Assembly (NCBI GenBank): GCA_963662285.2
Contig: CAXXMV010000006.1
Span: forward strand, 992,001 to 1,056,000
Direction of reading: 5' to 3'
DNA length: 64,000 nucleotides
Source: a bacterium
GTDB taxonomy: Bacteria; Hinthialibacterota; Hinthialibacteria; Hinthialibacterales; Hinthialibacteraceae
Below the pieces are notes generated by a model, which worked only from the letters and a program-made list of their open reading frames with translations, was not told where the DNA came from and searched no databases. This document shows, piece after piece, positions 9,020 to 18,079 of this stretch. The position numbers were made by a program, and so were the translations under genes. Positions within the stretch are counted from its first letter, which is position 1. Every line of letters begins with the position of its first letter.

Positions 9020-10408
9020 GTGAAAATACAAGTAAAAAATCTCGGAGCGTTAAAGCAAGCTGAATTTGAACTCGGAGATTTAACGATTATCTGTGGCAGC
9101 AATAATACCGGGAAGACGTACGCCACTTACGCCCTGTTTGGGTTTCTAACGTTCTGGAGAAACGCATTTTCCATCAAAGTATCTGAAAATACTATTCGGC
9201 AGTTATTAAATGAAGGAACTACTGAACTGGACATTAGGGATTATATTAATAATGCCAGTGAAATCCTTATACAGGGCTGTAAATCATTCACAGAGCAATT
9301 ACCAGATATATTTGCTTCTGCTGACAAGCATTTTACAGACAGTGAATTCCTGGTTGAATTAGATAAAAGCGACATCAAGCCCATCTCATCTTTTGAAAGA
9401 ACTATGGGAGCAGCCAAGACGCAACTTTTTTCCATTTCCAAAAAACCGGAAAAGGATAAGGTTACTATCTCACTTCTGGTTGAAAAAGAGAAGGTGAAAA
9501 TTCCTAGAGAGATCATAAACCAAATTATCGGTGATGCATTAAAAGAAATTATTTTTGGACATCTCTTTCCTGAGCCTTTTATCGCCAGCGCAGAGCGTAC
9601 TGGCGCCGCCATTTTTCGCAAAGAACTCAATTTTTCCAGAAACCGGCTGCTGGAGCAGATGAGTTCTATGGAAAAAGATATTAATCCTTTTGAGTTGCTC
9701 ACCAAGGTTTATTCAGACTATGCATTACCAGTTAAATCAAATGTTAATTTCACCCGACAATTGGAAGATATATCAAGAAAAGATAGTTTTATAACTAAAG
9801 ATTATCCAGATATCCTTGCGGATTTTTCTGATATTATCGGCGGCGAATATGTAGTAACCAAAAATGATGAGCTGTATTTCAAGCCCAAGGGAAAAAGAAT
9901 CAGATTGACCATGGACGAAAGTTCCAGCGCGGTGCGCTCCCTGCTGGATATCGGTTTTTATTTGCGTCATGTAGCTCAACCGGGGGATTTACTCATGGTG
10001 GATGAGCCTGAATTGAACCTTCATCCAGAAAACCAACGGCGCGTGGCCCGGCTTTTTGCGCGTTTAGTTAATCTTGGCGTCAAAGTCTTTATCACGACCC
10101 ACAGCGATTATATTGTCAAGGAATTAAACACCTTGATTATGCTGAATAACGATCTCCCACGTCTTAGAGAAATTGCAAAAAATGAAAAATATCTGGATGC
10201 AGAACTTCTTTCAGTAGATAAAATCCGGGTTTACATCGCTGAAGAGGCATTAGTCATGTTGGATGGCGGGAGCCGGAAAACCCGTTGCCAGACTTTAGTC
10301 CCCGCTGATATTGATCCTCAATTAGGTATAGAAGTCCGTAGTTTTGATTCAACTATAGATGAAATGAACCGTATCCAGGAAGAGATTGTTTGGGGAGGGG
10401 AGCAATAA
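9020..10408 (+). CDS. ABC-type (AAA_15/AAA_21-like) ATPase
   Basis: Walker A GSNNTGKT, signature-like ESSSAV, Walker B/D-loop MVDEPELNLHPENQ, H-loop ITTHS. Confidence 0.9.
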   Translation: MKIQVKNLGALKQAEFELGDLTIICGSNNTGKTYATYALFGFLTFWRNAFSIKVSENTIRQLLNEGTTELDIRDYINNASEILIQGCKSFTEQLPDIFASADKHFTDSEFLVELDKSDIKPISSFERTMGAAKTQLFSISKKPEKDKVTISLLVEKEKVKIPREIINQIIGDALKEIIFGHLFPEPFIASAERTGAAIFRKELNFSRNRLLEQMSSMEKDINPFELLTKVYSDYALPVKSNVNFTRQLEDISRKDSFITKDYPDILADFSDIIGGEYVVTKNDELYFKPKGKRIRLTMDESSSAVRSLLDIGFYLRHVAQPGDLLMVDEPELNLHPENQRRVARLFARLVNLGVKVFITTHSDYIVKELNTLIMLNNDLPRLREIAKNEKYLDAELLSVDKIRVYIAEEALVMLDGGSRKTRCQTLVPADIDPQLGIEVRSFDSTIDEMNRIQEEIVWGGEQ

Positions 10409-10959
10409 TGCCTGATTTGGATATCCTCAACCAGATGATCAAAGATTCCGCCAGGGTTAGAATTGAATCACGTCACCAAAAGCCTATTGTAGTTTTAGAA
10501 GAACCTCAAGCAAAAAAGTGTTCAGTTGAAATTCGTGGATTACCGGATGATGTAGTTATAATAAAGGCTGATGCTTTTGAGTCACCGTTCTCGGTATTTA
10601 CATGTAAAAAAGGCGAATGCAAACGTGCTGATTACATTGTAGTTGCTGATACGGGGCGCAAGAAAGTGATCATCTTTATCGAAATGAAAAAGACAAAAAA
10701 AAGTAAACAGGATATTGAAAAACAATTAAGCGGCGCAAAATGCTTTCTGGCTTATTGTAAGGAAATAGGAATATCTTTCTGGGAAAATAGCAATTTCCTC
10801 TCTGGTTATAAATACCGTTTTGTCAGTATAGGACATATCAGCATCTCAAAAAGGAAGACCAGGATTGAACGGAAATCCGGTATTCATGATGAACCGGGAA
10901 AGATGATGAAGGTTGATTGGCCGTCTCATCTTCAATTCAATCATTTAGCCGGACATTGA
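10408..10959 (+). CDS. Putative PD-(D/E)xK nuclease, translationally coupled to the ATPase
   Basis: TAATG stop/start overlap at 10406-10410; KRADYIVV...IFIEMK followed by a Q-containing helix (IEKQL). Confidence 0.65.
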   Translation: MPDLDILNQMIKDSARVRIESRHQKPIVVLEEPQAKKCSVEIRGLPDDVVIIKADAFESPFSVFTCKKGECKRADYIVVADTGRKKVIIFIEMKKTKKSKQDIEKQLSGAKCFLAYCKEIGISFWENSNFLSGYKYRFVSIGHISISKRKTRIERKSGIHDEPGKMMKVDWPSHLQFNHLAGH

Positions 10960-11049
10960 AACTAATCAGTATAAACACCTACTACACATAGATTTTCTGC
11001 TCAAATTTTCTTGTTTACTCAGATATTTTCCGAAAAAATCAAAATTTTT

Positions 11050-11075
11050 TACACATATCTCCATCGGTTGCGTCT
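11050..11075 (+). promoter_or_regulatory. Possible ECF-sigma promoter
   Basis: TACACAT-N14-CGTCT upstream of the gene preceding an ECF sigma factor; CGTC is a typical ECF -10 element. Confidence 0.3.
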
Positions 11076-11111
11076 TCTATAACAAATACACTTTTTTGGA
11101 GGAAGTAAATT

Positions 11112-11645
11112 ATGATTACTCGACGTTCCGTTGGATACTTGTTTGTCGCTTCACTGGTTTTATTCTCGTTGGCGCCTGTGGTTTCATTCGGGCAAGATGT
11201 TGACCTCCCTCTAACCTGGAAAGGCCAGGGACATGCCGTCGGTATGGATAATGGCGAAATTGCTGATACAAAACTCGAAGTTATCATCAAAGTTGATGAA
11301 GATGGCTGGGTGACAGGCAAATTCTCAACCGAGACTGAAGAAGCCGCAATTGAGCATTTCTATTATGGCCCGGAAGAAGACGGCGTCCGTAAACTGGTTG
11401 TCGTTCTGGTGCAGAAAGATAATGGTAAACTCTTTGTTATTTCCGGTAGAATGCTGCTAGGTCAGCTTTTTTACGGAGAAGTGTTTGCTAAAGCCTATGA
11501 AAAAGAGGGCGATATTGAAAAAGGTCTGTCAATAGGCGACCGCATGGCGCAAGAGATTTATAGCGATTATATCCCGCAAGGCCTGGAAAAAGCATTGAAA
11601 AAATGCAAACCAATCGGCATCCTGGGCGCAAAGGGATCATTTTAA
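11112..11645 (+). CDS. Secreted hypothetical protein
   Basis: GGAGG RBS; signal peptide ending near VSFG-Q; beta-rich mature region. Confidence 0.75.
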   Translation: MITRRSVGYLFVASLVLFSLAPVVSFGQDVDLPLTWKGQGHAVGMDNGEIADTKLEVIIKVDEDGWVTGKFSTETEEAAIEHFYYGPEEDGVRKLVVVLVQKDNGKLFVISGRMLLGQLFYGEVFAKAYEKEGDIEKGLSIGDRMAQEIYSDYIPQGLEKALKKCKPIGILGAKGSF

Positions 11646-11670
11646 GTTTTATTGATAGTATCATCAAACT

Positions 11671-11703
11671 TTCCGCCTGAGGATATAATATCTTCAGGCG
11701 GAA
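11671..11703. terminator. Strong intergenic hairpin (terminator or attenuator)
   Basis: TTCCGCCTGAGGATA-TAA-TATCTTCAGGCGGAA. Confidence 0.55.
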
Positions 11704-11724
11704 GATTTATTATAAGGATTATTT

Positions 11725-12255
11725 GTGAACCCTGCTAACGATATCTATTTGAGTTTAATCGATCCTCTCAAGGAAAGTATGAAACGAAGCGTCTATCGTA
11801 TCGTTCAGGACCCCGATGATGCGGCGGATGCTTTTCAGGATGCTTTATTCAAGGTTTGGAATTATTTGGATCGCATTGTAGATCATCCTAATCCTCAAGC
11901 CTATATACTGTGTATTTGCGTAAGTTCAGCCCATGATTTATTGCGGAAACGCATCCGTAAAAACCAGAACGAGGTTGCTTCACTACAAGATGAAATATCC
12001 TCCAGCTCCATAATTGAACATGCCTGTTATGCGGATGAAATTACCGATATCGTTAAACAGTCTATAAGTTCAATGCCGCTCAAACAGGCTCAAGCAGTAT
12101 TCTTACGCCTCTTCGAGCAAGAATCTTATTCGGTGATTGGTTCGGCTTTGGGATGCGCAGAAGAGACAGCCCGTTCTCATGTATCCAAAGGACTGGCATT
12201 GCTGCGTTCTATACTGATTGATAAAAAAGTATCTCTCAGCGAGGTTCATATATAA
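11725..12255 (+). CDS. ECF sigma-70 factor
   Basis: Region 2 DAADAFQDALFKVW; region 4 SYSVIGSALGCAEETARSHVSKG. Confidence 0.9.
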   Translation: MNPANDIYLSLIDPLKESMKRSVYRIVQDPDDAADAFQDALFKVWNYLDRIVDHPNPQAYILCICVSSAHDLLRKRIRKNQNEVASLQDEISSSSIIEHACYADEITDIVKQSISSMPLKQAQAVFLRLFEQESYSVIGSALGCAEETARSHVSKGLALLRSILIDKKVSLSEVHI

Positions 12256-13118
12256 TGACTCAACTCAATTCTGATGAAAAAATAATCCAAAAGGCGCTTG
12301 AGAATATCATGGACGACAACATACCCGATCCATTAAACCAACGTATGGAAAAATCTTTACAGATATTCCACGAAAACCTGTCAAACCACCCCAGTTTGCA
12401 ACGCCGCTGTAATAATCACGCAAACTGGAGCGAGTGGATATTCGGACGAAACATGGCATGGTCAACCTTCGCCATCGCTGCAACTATCCTGATATTTTCC
12501 ATTATGCTTTTCTGGAACCAGACTCCGACCTGGGCGGAAGTGACCCGTAAATTCAAGTCATTACCTTTTGTCCACGCTTCGGTATACGCCAAGAGTCTTG
12601 TTTCATCAAAAGCGCTTAATATTGAAATATGGATGGGAAGCGGCGGCAAAATCAGGCTGCGTTATGGGCCGCAGATAGTCTTCGCCAATAAAAACGGTCA
12701 GCACATTACATACAACGTATTAAGCCGTAAACAAGCCAAACCGGAAAAATTCGCGACTGATATGATTGAAATATTGAATTCAGCTGAATCATTTTCACTG
12801 GAAACCGTCATCCATACGTTAACGGGTGATATGGCTGATCTGAAAGAAATTCCCACTCTGGTCGAAGGAGTATCAGACGACATCAGCATCTTTGAATTAT
12901 CTAAAGAGAATTCGTCTAAAACAACCAGAATCTGGACGCTGCGCGAGAGCCTGCTGCCGGTTCACTTACGTCAGACTGATCTTAAAGAAGGGGACTCGAT
13001 TGATGTGCTCTTCTCTTATACGCGCCAGCAACCAGCAGAATTCTTTGATGCTGAGAATTACGAGAAGATTCTTAAGGATGCATCAATCAAGACCCACGAT
13101 CTGTATATGGCCTATTAG
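12255..13118 (+). CDS. Putative single-TM anti-sigma factor
   Basis: TAATG coupling to the ECF gene; short cytoplasmic N-domain, one TM helix, extracytoplasmic beta domain after TWAEV. Confidence 0.7.
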   Translation: MTQLNSDEKIIQKALENIMDDNIPDPLNQRMEKSLQIFHENLSNHPSLQRRCNNHANWSEWIFGRNMAWSTFAIAATILIFSIMLFWNQTPTWAEVTRKFKSLPFVHASVYAKSLVSSKALNIEIWMGSGGKIRLRYGPQIVFANKNGQHITYNVLSRKQAKPEKFATDMIEILNSAESFSLETVIHTLTGDMADLKEIPTLVEGVSDDISIFELSKENSSKTTRIWTLRESLLPVHLRQTDLKEGDSIDVLFSYTRQQPAEFFDAENYEKILKDASIKTHDLYMAY

Positions 13119-13185
13119 AGCTGTTCAATCTAAAATCGGCGTTTCGATTAAGATTTTAATGTTAATTGGTAATTAATAGGTTTTC

Positions 13186-13224
13186 ATCAAAGGCTGGACA
13201 CAATGCGGTCTTGCCCTTGCCACC
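13186..13224. repeat. Dispersed hairpin repeat; second copy at 2785-2823
   Basis: ATCAAAGGCTGGACACAATGCGGTCTTGCCCTTGCCACC vs ATCAAGGGCTGACCGCAATGAGGTCTTGCCCTTGCCACC. Confidence 0.7.
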
Positions 13225-13280
13225 CGCCAATTGGCCTATTAGGGCGTTTCTAATACGACAGTTATAAAGCGTTCATTAAA

Positions 13281-13925
13281 CTACTCATGTTGGCGTATCA
13301 CTTTAGCCGGAACGCCTACTGCGGTAACGCCGCAGGGTAGGTTCTGCGTTACGACGGCGCCTCCACCTATTATGGTGTTTGCGCCTATCTTTATACCGGG
13401 CAGCACTGATGCGCCAATGCCGACATGCGCCCCATCGCCAATTTTGACGTTGCCGCCTAAGTTTACTCCCGGTGATAGATGGGCGCCATCGCCGATTATG
13501 CAATCATGATCTACGGTGCATCCGGTATTTAAGATAACATTTTCACCGATTTGAGCATCCCAGTTGACTATGACTCCGGCCATTACCGTTGTCCCTGCGC
13601 CAATTTCCACGCTATCCGCAATAACCGCTTTGGGATGAACTGCTGATAATAATTCGTAACCTTTGGCTCGAATCAACTCGGCTTTTTCCCGGCGCAATTG
13701 ATTATCGCCAATTGCGATAATGCCATACAGCACTTCTTGACCGCGTAGAGTTTCAAGGGCGTCTTGGGCTTGAACTACTGGAACGCCCATAACATCCATA
13801 TTGGTTCTCGTCTCGTCGTCATCCAACAGGACGGCCACGGCGGCTTCGCGGAGGCGCAGTATATCTAAAACCACTTTGGCGTGGCCGCCTGAACCATAAA
13901 GAAAAATCTGTCCGTGTTGTTTCAT
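13281..13925 (-). CDS. NeuD/PglD-family sugar O/N-acetyltransferase (hexapeptide repeats)
   Basis: YGSGGHAKVV, AIGDNQLR, VDHDC, left-handed beta-helix repeats, VGVPAK. Confidence 0.92.
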   Translation of the reverse strand: MKQHGQIFLYGSGGHAKVVLDILRLREAAVAVLLDDDETRTNMDVMGVPVVQAQDALETLRGQEVLYGIIAIGDNQLRREKAELIRAKGYELLSAVHPKAVIADSVEIGAGTTVMAGVIVNWDAQIGENVILNTGCTVDHDCIIGDGAHLSPGVNLGGNVKIGDGAHVGIGASVLPGIKIGANTIIGGGAVVTQNLPCGVTAVGVPAKVIRQHE

Positions 13926-13948
13926 GAAATCTCCTACTAGTAATAATC

Positions 13949-14377
13949 TTATTCTTTCAAAAGAATATCCATTGTCAATTTAAGCAATGCTTCTTCCAGC
14001 GTAGCAGCGATAACCGGCGTTGCGTTGGTGTGGCTTACTCTCCACACATCCTGACCGGTTCGGATACCGGGTGTCATGGATGGATAAATGGTTGTTTGAT
14101 CGAATATGATCTCTATCAGTTGCTCTACATTGGGCATGAAAAAACAATCAGGTTCTGTTTCCCATTGATCGACGCATAATACCCGATCCTGTGCTATTGG
14201 GATGCCGCACAGATCATCCACTAATGCCAGGCATCCGTCTTCAACTGCCACTGCGGCATATAATTGGCCCCGATAAGCGAAACGATTGCCCGGTTGGGGA
14301 TCAAAAATGATGGATCGCTCCCGGAGCAATTGATTTAATCGTTGATAATCAGAGAGTAATTCGTAAAAGTCTGTCAT
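13949..14377 (-). CDS. Hypothetical protein
   Basis: 142-aa ORF tightly packed between co-oriented genes. Confidence 0.6.
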   Translation of the reverse strand: MTDFYELLSDYQRLNQLLRERSIIFDPQPGNRFAYRGQLYAAVAVEDGCLALVDDLCGIPIAQDRVLCVDQWETEPDCFFMPNVEQLIEIIFDQTTIYPSMTPGIRTGQDVWRVSHTNATPVIAATLEEALLKLTMDILLKE

Positions 14378-14382
14378 GTAGT

Positions 14383-15912
14383 TTATATCTGATAGGGCGG
14401 CGGACCATAATCAAGGTCGCCGAAGATAACTGCGCTATATTTCCATATTTCGGTATCCGGATCTTCCAGGCATCCTGCATCCAGTCCTGCTTTGACGCAT
14501 GTTGCATTGAGAAAGGCGTCGACATCCCAGTTCTGTTCAGTGGCCACTTGCGGCAGCAGGGTGCCGGAACGCATGATGCCGGATGAATTGCGCCCATTTA
14601 TCTGCAAGCCATGTTTGCCAACTTCTATTTCACTGATATGGTTCACTCTTTCCAGTGGAGTCAATACCGAAATCTGGATATCCAGATTTTCGAGTTCGTC
14701 AAGTTTTACAGGCTTAAAACGGATGTCATGAGTAGCCGATTGCGCCGCCATGACCGGTATAAGATGATCCAGGGTTAAATCACCGGGATCGAAACGCCCC
14801 AGGCAGCCTCTAAGTTCTCCAGCGTTTTTAAGCGTGACGAACACGCCGCATTTTTCTTTTAATGAAGGATTATCAACCTTTGGTTCATAGGACTCTTTAT
14901 TTAAGGTTGAATAAATGCTCTGTCGGGCGAGGCTCAGCAGCGTCCTTTTATCTTCTTGAGAAAGCGTCATCTCATTTCCGGCAGTCATTGAGGTATCTTC
15001 CACCCTATCCTCCTGGTCAGACTTGGCGTAAATAGCTAAAGAACCGTAACCGACGACCCGGTGATCTTCGCCCATCGGGCAGTCTCCACTGTTACGGTAG
15101 CACAGTGTTTTGGCGCCGGAAACTCCGATGGACAATGCCGCTTCGACGGCGGTCAGCATGGCGCCGCCGCCGCACATTACGCAATGTGCATTCTTAGAGT
15201 TATCACATAATTCTTTTAATTTGGTATAGATTAAATCTGGATCAAGCGATTCTACGGCGGATAGCATTTCCTGATCTATCTTTTTAGCTAATTCATAGGA
15301 CGGGTAGTGGCTCATATCTGATGAAACTACTATCAACACCTTTTTATCAGGGCATGATTTGATCACATTCGCCACCTGCCGCCCGACCTGTCTGCATAAA
15401 TCCGGTTCGGTATGAGTTATTAACAGGGCGGCAACTTTGGCGTCGGGAAATACGGTCTGCACGAAAGGTAAATTGACTTCGACTGAATGTTCGGCTTGAA
15501 ATGGCGCCGGATCGGCGAAGAGCGGGGCGCCCTGATCTAAAAGTCTATTGGTTAGTTCCTGATCTATGGGAATGCGGCCTAAAGGCGTTTCAAAATAGTT
15601 GCCTAAAAGCAGACAGCCGCCATCTACTCCCTGATGGGATAGGGCGATAACTAAAACCGTATCCGGCTTTTGATCCTGCACATAACGAAATGAATACCCT
15701 GCCACCGGTCCGGAAAAGACATAGCCCGCATGAGGCGATAATACGGCCAACACATTTTTTTTGGTAGGATTTATTTCCGCTTCGTCAATATACCTAAAGA
15801 CATCTCGCTGCAAGACGCCAGGATCAGCCGGGTAGAAACGGCCGGCCACCAGAGGCTTGACTACATCAACTGATTTAATGGATTTATGTTGCATGATATC
15901 GTTGCAATTCAA
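14383..15912 (-). CDS. Fused AmmeMemoRadiSam proteins B (MEMO1-like) and A (AMMECR1-like)
   Basis: VAGRFYP, PHAGYVFSG, EHSVEVNLPF, SSDMSHY; then GVFVTL, LRGCLG, GTLLPQVATEQNW; true start may be 15894. Confidence 0.9.
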   Translation of the reverse strand: MNCNDIMQHKSIKSVDVVKPLVAGRFYPADPGVLQRDVFRYIDEAEINPTKKNVLAVLSPHAGYVFSGPVAGYSFRYVQDQKPDTVLVIALSHQGVDGGCLLLGNYFETPLGRIPIDQELTNRLLDQGAPLFADPAPFQAEHSVEVNLPFVQTVFPDAKVAALLITHTEPDLCRQVGRQVANVIKSCPDKKVLIVVSSDMSHYPSYELAKKIDQEMLSAVESLDPDLIYTKLKELCDNSKNAHCVMCGGGAMLTAVEAALSIGVSGAKTLCYRNSGDCPMGEDHRVVGYGSLAIYAKSDQEDRVEDTSMTAGNEMTLSQEDKRTLLSLARQSIYSTLNKESYEPKVDNPSLKEKCGVFVTLKNAGELRGCLGRFDPGDLTLDHLIPVMAAQSATHDIRFKPVKLDELENLDIQISVLTPLERVNHISEIEVGKHGLQINGRNSSGIMRSGTLLPQVATEQNWDVDAFLNATCVKAGLDAGCLEDPDTEIWKYSAVIFGDLDYGPPPYQI

Positions 15913-16031
15913 TATTTACATTATTTTTAAGCGGTTTAATTGTAGACCGTATTGGGCAAAAGGGAAGCTTATATACCCGGTAAGAAGAGTTCCGGATTAT
16001 CATTAAAGCCCATGTTATTAAGGAAAATGCT

Positions 16032-17402
16032 CTAATCAGCCAGATCGCCTACAACGCCGGAGACGTTCATGTTTTTCCAAGCGCCTTTAATGAATCGTCT
16101 GAGAGTGAGGATCGCCTGTATGATGGGGGCGAATCCCCAGGCGATCCAGGCGCCGGAGGCGCCCATTGATGTGGTTGACAGCCAATAAGCCAGCGGCAGC
16201 ATCAAGAGCCATTGTGATATGATGGTATAACGCAAAGAGGGCCGGGTGTCGCCTGCTCCCGATAAGGCGCCGCTTACGATGATGGATACGCTATTGCAGA
16301 ACTGTTCCAAAGCCAGTAGCCGCAGAGCAAAAATTCCCATCTCAATAACCAGCGGCGAATCAGAGAAGATGCGCATGATGAATCCGGGAAATATGAATAT
16401 CACAAGACTGGCGGCGGCCATGATGGAACTGCAAAATTTAATCGCCGTCCAGCCGAAGGCTTCCGCCTGGTCAATTTTTTTGGCGCCGATGCTTTGCCCC
16501 ACCAGGGTGGCTGTGGCTACCTGAAAAGCCAAAGCGGGCATTATGTTCAACATGCGCAGTTGAAATCCTATGGCCGCCACGGCCACAGCCACTGATCCCG
16601 CCGAAGTGGTCGCCAGAATACGGAAAAAGAGGATGCGCGCCCCATTACGGAAAAAGCCGGAGAAGCCTGAAGGCAAACCAATATCCAGAATCTGTTTGAA
16701 AATAGATAAACTGAATCCTTTATTAAGAGTGATGCGAACCTTACGGGAACGCTTCATTAGTATATAAACCGCAATAGCCGAGCCGATCAGGCGGGCGATT
16801 ACGGTGCCGATGGCCGCCCCCATAACTCCATAAGCTGGAATGGGGCCGTATCCAAAGATGAATACATAACTGAACAGAATATTAAGCCCATTGACCAGGG
16901 TGGCGATTTTAAGCGGCGTATAGGCGTCGCCCAGCGCCCGGAAGACGCCGTTGGTGGAAAATCCGATCATCAGAAAAACCACCCCGCCCATCAAAATCCT
17001 GAGATAGTCGGTTCCATCATGCAGCGCGTTGGCTTCCGCGCCTAACAGGATAAGGGAATACCTGGCCAACAAAACGCCGATAACGCCGATCACTAAACCC
17101 GATGACATGGAGAGCAGCAGCGAGTGAGAAGCCACTGAAGAGGCTGAATCATAGCGCTTGGCGCCGCAATATTGTGAGACCAGAGTTATGGTGCCTGTGG
17201 TGATGGAGAGGGTGCCAATCATCAAGACCAGAAAAATCTGCCGCGAGAAGCCAATCGCCGCCACCGCTTCAGCGCCCAGATAACTGGCGAAAAAGATATC
17301 CACCAATCCAACTGAACTTTCCAGCAGCGAATAGAGCACCGTAGGCCATGACATGGCCCACAACCGGCTTAATAGACTCGGGTTAATAATTTTTATCGTC
17401 AT
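16032..17402 (-). CDS. MATE-family efflux transporter
   Basis: About 12 TM helices; FRALGDAYTPL, GVMGAAIGT, LSGAGDT; start set at ATG 17402. Confidence 0.92.
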   Translation of the reverse strand: MTIKIINPSLLSRLWAMSWPTVLYSLLESSVGLVDIFFASYLGAEAVAAIGFSRQIFLVLMIGTLSITTGTITLVSQYCGAKRYDSASSVASHSLLLSMSSGLVIGVIGVLLARYSLILLGAEANALHDGTDYLRILMGGVVFLMIGFSTNGVFRALGDAYTPLKIATLVNGLNILFSYVFIFGYGPIPAYGVMGAAIGTVIARLIGSAIAVYILMKRSRKVRITLNKGFSLSIFKQILDIGLPSGFSGFFRNGARILFFRILATTSAGSVAVAVAAIGFQLRMLNIMPALAFQVATATLVGQSIGAKKIDQAEAFGWTAIKFCSSIMAAASLVIFIFPGFIMRIFSDSPLVIEMGIFALRLLALEQFCNSVSIIVSGALSGAGDTRPSLRYTIISQWLLMLPLAYWLSTTSMGASGAWIAWGFAPIIQAILTLRRFIKGAWKNMNVSGVVGDLAD

Positions 17403-17622
17403 AAATAGTTGATTAGAGAACTGTCCAAGTGATGTTTTTACCTTAAGCCTTTTGGGTTCATCACGGAAGAGGCGCACGGATATGACAGTGGTTTTTCTGT
17501 TCTTGCGGTTGGAGGATGTGTTTTATAAAATGAAGAGTAGGAAAGATTCACTTATTGTTTATTTGCAAAGTATGACATACAGATGCTGTAAACCTGACAA
17601 TGAAATCTAATACTGGTATAAA

Positions 17623-18021
17623 TCACAAATCGGTTTTTCTTCTGGAGCGTCTTAAAAAAATATTAGATCTAGATGTTTTCATCTCTCTGTTTGTTTTCTT
17701 AAGATTAGAATCGGAGATATCGTCTTTTGAATTATTCTCCAGTTGATTGTCATGGTCTAGATTGCGGGGATCATAGGATTCCAGACCATTTTTCTTACGA
17801 TCATTGATGACTTCATTATATAAAGAAGATTTAATATCGTTGTCATTTATGTTATATAACTCTTTTGCTTCTGTGATATTGATATCCAGATCGTAGATGG
17901 CGCTGTTCATGGAGTCTAAGCGTGAGTACAGACTGGCATGTTTATTTTCGAGCATATCACTGTACATGTCAGCATCAGTTTTATTGCCGTTTTCATCTTC
18001 ATAAAAGAACTCATTCGCCAT
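17623..18021 (-). CDS. Hypothetical low-GC protein (acidic N-part, basic tail)
   Basis: GGAG RBS, 132-aa ORF; no recognised family. Confidence 0.5.
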   Translation of the reverse strand: MANEFFYEDENGNKTDADMYSDMLENKHASLYSRLDSMNSAIYDLDINITEAKELYNINDNDIKSSLYNEVINDRKKNGLESYDPRNLDHDNQLENNSKDDISDSNLKKTNREMKTSRSNIFLRRSRRKTDL

Positions 18022-18079
18022 CAGACTACTCCAGAGTTTTTCTATATTATAGCATATTTACTATATCTGGTTCATTATC

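Noticed and set aside
10390-10407. ORF-track start at 10390
   Set aside because: ATG 10408 overlaps the ATPase stop and has a GGAGGGG SD sequence, so it is the better start
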